Shown here one piece after another: positions 58,821-64,000 of a stretch of DNA of 64,000 nt. Both the position numbers and the translations under genes were made by a program. This stretch comes from Bifidobacterium breve (GTDB lineage: Bacteria > Cyanobacteriota > Cyanobacteriia > PCC-6307 > Cyanobiaceae). A model generated the notes under the pieces. The model did not search any database. It had not been told where the DNA came from and saw only the letters and a program-made list of their open reading frames with translations. Each line of letters begins with the position of its first letter. Position 1 is the stretch's first letter. The DNA lies in NCBI GenBank assembly GCA_943325005.2, contig CALPNT020000001.1, positions 5,132-69,131 of the forward strand, read 5' to 3'.

Positions 58821-59156
58821 ATGGCTCCGTCCATCTCGCGCCTGGCTCTGTCCTCCTGCTTGCTGCTGGCCGCTCTCGTCAGCCCTGCCAAGGCGATGCA
58901 ATCGCCTTGGTGGGAAAACTACGACCTCAAGGAGCGTTTCGTCTGTCCTGATCACGGCGCCCTGGTGTTGGAACGCAACGAGTCCCAGGCCTCCCTGATC
59001 AGTGGACGCTCCAGTTCGATCCTGTTCCGCGAAGCCAGCGACAACCCTGGGCTCATCTATGGCAACGGTGCCTTGCGGGTGATCCTGCGTGGGGACGAAC
59101 TGACCCTGGAGCAACTGCCTCAACGCCTCCTCTGCCTGCGTACCGAAGACGTATGA
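58821..59156 (+). CDS. Small exported two-Cys protein (possibly MliC-like fold)
   Basis: Signal peptide (LALSSCLLLAALVSPAKA) and a mature part with FVCPD...GNGALRVILRGDELTL...LLCL. The resemblance to the MliC/PliC pattern is tentative. Confidence 0.5.
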   Translation: MAPSISRLALSSCLLLAALVSPAKAMQSPWWENYDLKERFVCPDHGALVLERNESQASLISGRSSSILFREASDNPGLIYGNGALRVILRGDELTLEQLPQRLLCLRTEDV

Positions 59157-59320
59157 CCCCCTTATCTGATCGCGTCGTAATCGTGGCTCTGATCGCCACG
59201 GTGGCCCTGGTGTTTGCCCTGGTGTTCTGGACCGTGAGGCTCCATCCCGCCCAGGATCAGCAACCGCTCCAGTGGCGCCAAGGACCTGCGGGCTTGCAGC
59301 AGGGCGGATCCACGATCTGA
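59153..59320 (+). CDS. 55-aa single-TM protein (below the ORF-track length cutoff)
   Basis: The ATG overlaps the upstream stop (ATGA) and its own stop overlaps the next ATG (TGATG). MTPLSDRVVIVALIATVALVFALVFWTVRL... Confidence 0.45.
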   Translation: MTPLSDRVVIVALIATVALVFALVFWTVRLHPAQDQQPLQWRQGPAGLQQGGSTI

Positions 59321-59709
59321 TGACCAACGCGCTGCTGCCAACCGAGCCGCCGGAGAAACGGGATCCGCCGGAGGATCAGGACCAGCTGGAAGATCGCCAT
59401 CCACCGCGTCAGCTCCATCCCCTGCCTCGAGGGCTGGTGGAGCTGTACGGCTTTCTGGCGGTGCTGTTCGTGCTGGTGCCCGAATGGATGGCGGGCAGCG
59501 CCCTGTTCGGCTTCCGCGATGGCCGGGTGGGGTCGAATCTGCCGGCCCCTTCGGGGGCCTGGCGGCGTCTGCCCGAACTGCGACTGGCGGCGATGGGTAC
59601 GGCCCAGCTGCGTCTGCTGGCCCACCAACAACGCTTGCCTGGTTACGCCCGACTGAATCGGGAGCAGCTCACGAGCAAGCTGCTGAAACGGCTCAAACGG
59701 CTGGCCTGA
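59320..59709 (+). CDS. Membrane protein with C-terminal Rho-N/SAP-like domain
   Basis: Acidic N-terminus, a TM (LVELYGFLAVLFVLVPEWMAGSALFGF) and a C-terminus (LAAMGTAQLRLLAHQQRLPGYARLNREQLTSKLLKRL) resembling the Rho N-terminal helical motif. Confidence 0.5.
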   Translation: MTNALLPTEPPEKRDPPEDQDQLEDRHPPRQLHPLPRGLVELYGFLAVLFVLVPEWMAGSALFGFRDGRVGSNLPAPSGAWRRLPELRLAAMGTAQLRLLAHQQRLPGYARLNREQLTSKLLKRLKRLA

Positions 59710-59742
59710 AGGGGCCAGGGTGCTGTGATAACTTCAGGGCGC

Positions 59743-59816
59743 CGGGGCGTAGCGCAGCTTGGTAGCGCACCACTTTGGGGTAGTGGGGGTCGCAGGTTCA
59801 AATCCTGTCGCTCCGA
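59743..59816 (+). tRNA. tRNA-Pro (anticodon GGG)
   Basis: The cloverleaf folds by hand: acceptor CGGGGCG/CGCUCCG (one G-U), D-arm GCGC..GCGC, anticodon arm CCACU-UUGGGGU-AGUGG, 5-nt variable loop, T-arm GCAGG-UUCAAAU-CCUGU and discriminator A. CCA is not encoded. Confidence 0.92.
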
Positions 59817-59846
59817 TTCAGTTCCAGCCTTGAACCCCAGTCAGAG

Positions 59847-59875
59847 AGCCGCTTCTTCCCAGAGGCGGCTTTTTG
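59847..59875 (+). terminator. Intrinsic terminator after tRNA-Pro
   Basis: AGCCGC-N12-GCGGCT followed by TTTTGTTT. Confidence 0.6.
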
Positions 59876-59879
59876 TTTC

Positions 59880-60562
59880 GCTGCTCGCTAGGTCTGGTAT
59901 CCCCGTTCCGGAATTTTGCGAACAAAGCCGCTCGAGCCTTTCCAGGATCAAATCTGTGGTTGCAGTCCAGCGGAAAGGAGCTGAGCCCTTGCTGGAGTTG
60001 GCGATGCTCTGGAGTGACTGAACCTTATCGTCGCTGAGAACCAGCGGCAGCATCGAACAACTAACTGCCATGGAACGCCCCCCCCCAGGAGACACTCCTT
60101 GATTTAGCCGTTATTCCCAGGACTGCACATTAAAGACCACTTGCCCTGATTCCTAGCAGATCAGTGTGATTGATACTAGCAGCCCCGATCTTATCCGTAT
60201 CCCCAAATTCTTCAGCACATGTGAACGATTGAACGACCCAGTCGCCAATCGAACAGGACAAGCCGACTTGGGTCCTGCAGCTGTGCAGAGCATCATGGTG
60301 CTTGTCGCGGCGCGCAGTCCCTTAAGTGCTTACACGGACAACGCCTGCTTTGCCGATCCTGCTGGCTGGCCAGGTCCGATGCCAGGCCAGCGAACGGCTG
60401 GCACAACTGTTCATTCTCTTGACGGAGCGCCAGTGTGTCTCCTTCTGCCAGGTAGGGGTCAGCGGTCTGGTCTGGACCGGCCACTCCAGCCGGTCCGCCT
60501 TCGAAATCCAGCCAGAACCGGCGTCCATATGAAGCAGTCTCCACCAGAAATAGAACCTGGAC
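59880..60562. other. ORF-poor, compositionally atypical segment; possible decayed remnant of an integrated element
   Basis: GC is about 50% by eye, and there is a C9 homopolymer near 60078-60086. Only short ORFs with poor third-position GC are present (59841..60095 minus, 60293..60544 minus). Confidence 0.3.
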
Positions 60563-61546
60563 TCAAGGGCCGATCCCACCCCAGCCGTCGCTGAGAGATT
60601 CAGGCTCAACTTCGCTGGCAAACACCTGGCCGATGTGGCGATCACCGCGGGCGCTGGCCAGACTCACCTGGCGCTGGCGTTCGGCGAAACGGGCACGATC
60701 GCCCGCCCCCCTCTCCCCCTGGCAATGGGAGCAGGACACCCCGGACACGTAGCTGGGGTGAGCCCGATCAGCCGGCGAGAGGGGCATGCGGCAGCCATGG
60801 CAGAGGCTGTGCGCGCCGGGTTCAAGTCGATGGTTCAGCGCCACGCGCTGATCAAACACGAAACAGTCACCATGCCAGGTGCTGTCGGCCTCAGGCACCT
60901 CCTCCAGGTAGCGCAGGATGCCGCCCTGCAGCTGGTGAACGCCCTCAAATCCCTGCTGCTGCAACCAGGCCGTGGCCTTCTCGCAACGGATGCCCCCGGT
61001 GCAGAACAGGGCCAGGGCAACGGGCTGGGTGCGCTCCACCAGCGGCCGCAACTGGTCCTCCACCCAGGCGGGGAACTCACTGAAGTGGGCGGTACCGGGA
61101 TCCATCGCGCCCTCGAAACTTCCCACCGCCACCTCATAAGCATTGCGGGTATCAATCACCAGGGTGGCTGGATCCCGGATCAGGGCATTCCAGTCGGCGG
61201 CCGGCACATAGGTGCCCACGGGAGCCTGAGTACCCACCTGCAGCTCCGGGCGACCGAGGGTCACGATCTCGCGCTTGATCCGCACCTTGAAGCGATGGAA
61301 CACCGGCTCAGCTGCCTCGCTGTGCTTCAGCTCCAGCGAGGCCAGGCGGGGATCGGAGCGCAGCAGTGCCACCAGGGCCTCCACGGCGTGCCGATCGCCA
61401 CTCACGGTGCCGTTGATGCCCTCCGCAGCCAACAGCACCGTGCCACGCAGATCGACCACCTGGCCCAGGGCCAGCAGTCGCTGCCGCCAGTGGGGCAGCT
61501 CCTCCAGCGCCAAGGGCACGAAGCGATAAAAGCTGACAACCCTCAT
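60563..61546 (-). CDS. trhO: Rhodanese-domain tRNA uridine(34) hydroxylase (UPF0176/YceA family)
   Basis: MRVVSFYRF..., AAEGINGTVSG, rhodanese active-site loop CTGGIRCEK and a C-terminal Cys cluster (CHGC...CSHC). Confidence 0.8.
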   Translation of the reverse strand: MRVVSFYRFVPLALEELPHWRQRLLALGQVVDLRGTVLLAAEGINGTVSGDRHAVEALVALLRSDPRLASLELKHSEAAEPVFHRFKVRIKREIVTLGRPELQVGTQAPVGTYVPAADWNALIRDPATLVIDTRNAYEVAVGSFEGAMDPGTAHFSEFPAWVEDQLRPLVERTQPVALALFCTGGIRCEKATAWLQQQGFEGVHQLQGGILRYLEEVPEADSTWHGDCFVFDQRVALNHRLEPGAHSLCHGCRMPLSPADRAHPSYVSGVSCSHCQGERGAGDRARFAERQRQVSLASARGDRHIGQVFASEVEPESLSDGWGGIGP

Positions 61547-61552
61547 GGCCGC

Positions 61553-62542
61553 TCAGCCCCGGGCGGCCGTAGGCGCCTGGCCGGTGGCCCCGGCGGACGC
61601 CTCCAACCGCACGCCGGCGGCCGCCAACAGAGCCCGATCGGCAAGCACGTCCGGGTTGCCGGTGGTGAGCAGGGTGTCGCCGTAAAAGATGGAATCGGCC
61701 CCGGCCAGCAGGCAGAGAATCTGGGCTTCGCGGTTCAGCTGCTGGCGGCCGGCACTGAGTCGCACCCGGCTATGGGGCATGAGGATGCGGGCGGTGGCCA
61801 CCATGCGCACCAGCTCGAGCGGATCCACCGGCGGCAGATCTTCAAGCGGTGTGCCCTCCACCGCCACCAGGGCGTTGATCGGCACGCTCTCGGGGTGGGG
61901 ATCAAGCGTGGCCAGCACCTGCAGCAGGCCAGCCCGGTCGATGCTGCTCTCCCCCATGCCGATGATGCCGCCACAGCAGAGCGTGATGCCGGCGGCACGC
62001 ACTCGGCTGAGCGTTTCCAACCGTTCGGCGTAGGTACGGGTGCTGATGATCCGGTCGTAGTGCTCAGGACTGGTGTCGAGATTGTGGTTGTAGGCGGTGA
62101 GACCGGCCTCGGCCAGCCGCTGGGCTTGGTGGTCGCTGAGCATGCCGGCAGTGACACAGGCCTCCAGCCCTAGCTCCCGCACGCCCCGCACCATGGCAAG
62201 CATGGCTTCGAAGGGAGCGCCATCGCGGATTTCACGCCAGGCCCAACCCATGCAGAAGCGATGGGCGCCGGCCTCCCTGGCAGCCCGGGCCCGCGCCAGT
62301 ACGGGCCCCACCTCGAGCTCCGGCCGGCCGCTGACATCGGCGCTGTGGTGCATCGACTGGGGGCAGTAGGCGCAGTCCTCCTCGCAGCCCCCCGTCTTGA
62401 CGCTGAGCAAGGAGGCCAACTGCACGTGATAGCCAGGGTTCGCCGATCGATGCACCTGCTGGGCCTGCCAGAGCAGATCCATCAGAGGCTGAGCGAGCAG
62501 GGCCTGGATCTCCGATCGAGACCAGTCGTGACGGGTGATCAT
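61553..62542 (-). CDS. bioB: Biotin synthase
   Basis: Radical-SAM [11 protein letters not shown], plus [11 protein letters not shown] and YNHNLDTS motifs. Confidence 0.92.
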   Translation of the reverse strand: MITRHDWSRSEIQALLAQPLMDLLWQAQQVHRSANPGYHVQLASLLSVKTGGCEEDCAYCPQSMHHSADVSGRPELEVGPVLARARAAREAGAHRFCMGWAWREIRDGAPFEAMLAMVRGVRELGLEACVTAGMLSDHQAQRLAEAGLTAYNHNLDTSPEHYDRIISTRTYAERLETLSRVRAAGITLCCGGIIGMGESSIDRAGLLQVLATLDPHPESVPINALVAVEGTPLEDLPPVDPLELVRMVATARILMPHSRVRLSAGRQQLNREAQILCLLAGADSIFYGDTLLTTGNPDVLADRALLAAAGVRLEASAGATGQAPTAARG

Positions 62543-63315
62543 GAGGCTGCGGTGATGCCGCCGAAACGACGGGTGCGGCCCTGGTAGTCCAGCAGGGCGG
62601 CGAGCAGGGCGGCCTGGTCGAAGTCCGGCCAGAGCACCTCGGTGATGTGGAGCTCGGCGTAGGCCAGTTGCCAGAGCAGGAAATTACTGATGCGCTGCTC
62701 GCCGCTGGTGCGGATCAACAGGTCGGGATCCACCTCACCGGCGGTGAACAGTTCATCGGCAAACAGGGCCTCATCGATGGTGGCGGCATCCAGCTCACCG
62801 GCGGCAGCCCGCTGGGCCAGGCGCCGGGCCGCACGCACCAGCTCTCGACGGCCGCCGTAGTTGGTGCAGACATTGAAGTGAATGCCGTCGTTGACGGCGG
62901 TACGGGCGGTGGCGGCAGCGATCAGATCCTGCAGGCGGCTGGGCAGGGCTTCAAGATCGCCGAGGAAGCGAATCCGCACCTGCTCCCGTTCCAGGGCCTC
63001 CAGCTCCCGAGCCAGCACGCTCTCGAACAGCGTCATCAGAAAGGTGACCTCCTCGCCCGGACGGGTCCAGTTCTCGGTGGAGAAGGCATAGGCGGTGAGC
63101 GCACCGATGCCCCAGTCGCTGCAGAGCCGCAAGGTGCGCTTGAGGGCCTCCACGCCAGCGCGATGGCCCATCACCCTGGGCAGGCCGCGCTGCCGGGCCC
63201 AGCGGCCGTTGCCATCCATGATCAACGCCACATGGGCAGGCAACCTTGTCCCATCGAGCTGCGAGGGCAAAGGCTGGGGGGGGGTGCTGGGGGTGGTCGC
63301 CAAGGCGCGACTCAT
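62539..63315 (-). CDS. uppS: Undecaprenyl-diphosphate synthase (isoprenyl transferase)
   Basis: [23 protein letters not shown] and [18 protein letters not shown]. The stop overlaps the bioB start (ATGA). Confidence 0.92.
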   Translation of the reverse strand: MSRALATTPSTPPQPLPSQLDGTRLPAHVALIMDGNGRWARQRGLPRVMGHRAGVEALKRTLRLCSDWGIGALTAYAFSTENWTRPGEEVTFLMTLFESVLARELEALEREQVRIRFLGDLEALPSRLQDLIAAATARTAVNDGIHFNVCTNYGGRRELVRAARRLAQRAAAGELDAATIDEALFADELFTAGEVDPDLLIRTSGEQRISNFLLWQLAYAELHITEVLWPDFDQAALLAALLDYQGRTRRFGGITAAS

Positions 63316-64000
63316 CCGCGGGCTTCCGGCGGGTCCGGTGCCAGGCTACGCCCAGGCGGCACCGCGGCCAGGCTATCGGTGAGCAGGTCGTGAAGGCGAC
63401 TGCTGGTGATCGGTCGCTCCAGCCGGCCCTGGCGGGCCAGCGACAAGGTGCCCGTTTCTTCGGACACCACAATGCATAGACAGCGAGCGTGGCGTTCGGT
63501 GAGCCCCAGGGCGGCCAAATGGCGGGTGCCGTAGCGGTTGAGGCCCTGGCGCGAGAGGGGCAGGATCACACCGGCAGCAGCGATGCGGTTGTGCTGCACC
63601 AGCACGGCTCCATCGTGCAGGGGCGTGTCGGCGGCGAACAGGTTGAGCACCAGGTCCACCGAGAGCTGGGCATCAACGGGGATGCCCGGGTTGAGGAAAT
63701 CCTCCGGGCGCAGATCGCTGCCCAGATCGAGCACGATCAAGCCGCCGCGACGGGCCTGGGAGAGACGACCGGCCACCTCGGTGAGGATGCTCACTGAACC
63801 AGAGGCCAGCTGGTCCCGGCTGCGGTCAGCGAACAGCACGCCGAAGCGCCCTGTACCCAGTAGCTCCATCAGCCGCCGCAGCTCCCCTTGCCAGAGAATG
63901 GCCAGGGCCATGCTGCAAGCCAGCACCAGGGCATCCACCAACTTGCTGGTCAGGGGCAGATTGGCGTAACGCTGCACCACCCAGGCGAGAGCCACCAGAA
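63312..64000 (-). CDS. cdaA: Diadenylate cyclase CdaA (5' end beyond window)
   Basis: DAC-domain motifs ([37 protein letters not shown]). The stop overlaps the uppS start (ATGA). N-terminal TM helices continue to the window edge. Confidence 0.85.
   Translation of the reverse strand, partial: LVALAWVVQRYANLPLTSKLVDALVLACSMALAILWQGELRRLMELLGTGRFGVLFADRSRDQLASGSVSILTEVAGRLSQARRGGLIVLDLGSDLRPEDFLNPGIPVDAQLSVDLVLNLFAADTPLHDGAVLVQHNRIAAAGVILPLSRQGLNRYGTRHLAALGLTERHARCLCIVVSEETGTLSLARQGRLERPITSSRLHDLLTDSLAAVPPGRSLAPDPPEARG

Noticed and set aside
59943-59960. A possible att-type direct repeat of the tRNA-Pro 3' end (TCAAATCTGTGG versus TCAAATCCTGTCG).
   Set aside because: Only about 10 nt of gapped similarity exists, which is too short to distinguish from chance. 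No integrase gene is present.
60635-62173. Very long ORFs antisense to, or out of frame with, recognised genes. Examples: 60635..62173 (+), 27686..29308 (+), 24135..25490 (+), 1645..3012 (+), 20962..21948 (-), 10009..10977 (-) and 17346..18335 (-).
   Set aside because: They lie opposite or out of frame with genes that carry clear family motifs. Their translations are Arg/Gly/Ala/Pro/His/Gln-rich low-complexity strings. Stop-codon depletion in high-GC DNA produces such shadow ORFs routinely.

Overview
This is a high-GC cyanobacterial chromosome segment. By eye it is about 65-73% GC in most genes, and nearer 45-58% in conserved genes such as glnA and dnaE and in nhaP. It is almost certainly from a phycobilisome-containing picocyanobacterium (Synechococcus/Cyanobium-like). 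Supporting markers are pcyA, apcF, psb28, a GUN4-domain gene, a PAM68-like gene, NtcA-type boxes upstream of glnA and many HIP1 (GCGATCGC) copies.

I call about 70 tightly packed protein genes and one tRNA-Pro(GGG). Many genes have 1-8 nt start/stop overlaps and non-ATG starts. Content is mostly core housekeeping:
- Replication and repair: dnaE, dnaG, ruvA, umuDC.
- Translation and RNA modification: rpsO, gatA, tadA, rsmA, rlmB, mrnC, trhO.
- Secretion: secDF, lspA.
- Envelope: a class A PBP, uppS, a devBCA-like exporter.
- Metabolism: glnA, carA, trpD, ispE, pdhB, bioB, bioY, msrA.
- Signalling: cdaA, a GAF-GGDEF protein, an RsbW-like kinase, a STAS protein.

I found no rRNA, CRISPR array, intact transposase or integrase, or recognisable defence system, and no convincing novel multi-gene system.

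The most unusual items are:
1. A GATC-dense 5/10-bp phased repeat array at 57.5 kb.
2. An RlmB methyltransferase with two long low-complexity extensions that contain tandem repeats.
3. A structured 200-nt segment upstream of trpD that ends in a strong terminator (sRNA or attenuator candidate).
4. An ORF-poor, atypical segment on the 3' flank of tRNA-Pro.
5. Three translationally coupled small ORFs just upstream of that tRNA.
6. A GGDEF domain with a GDGEF motif but an intact RxxD I-site.
7. An orphan minus-strand terminator next to nhaP.

All family assignments come from motifs I recognise in the translations. No database search was run. Start codons are inferred and several are uncertain.
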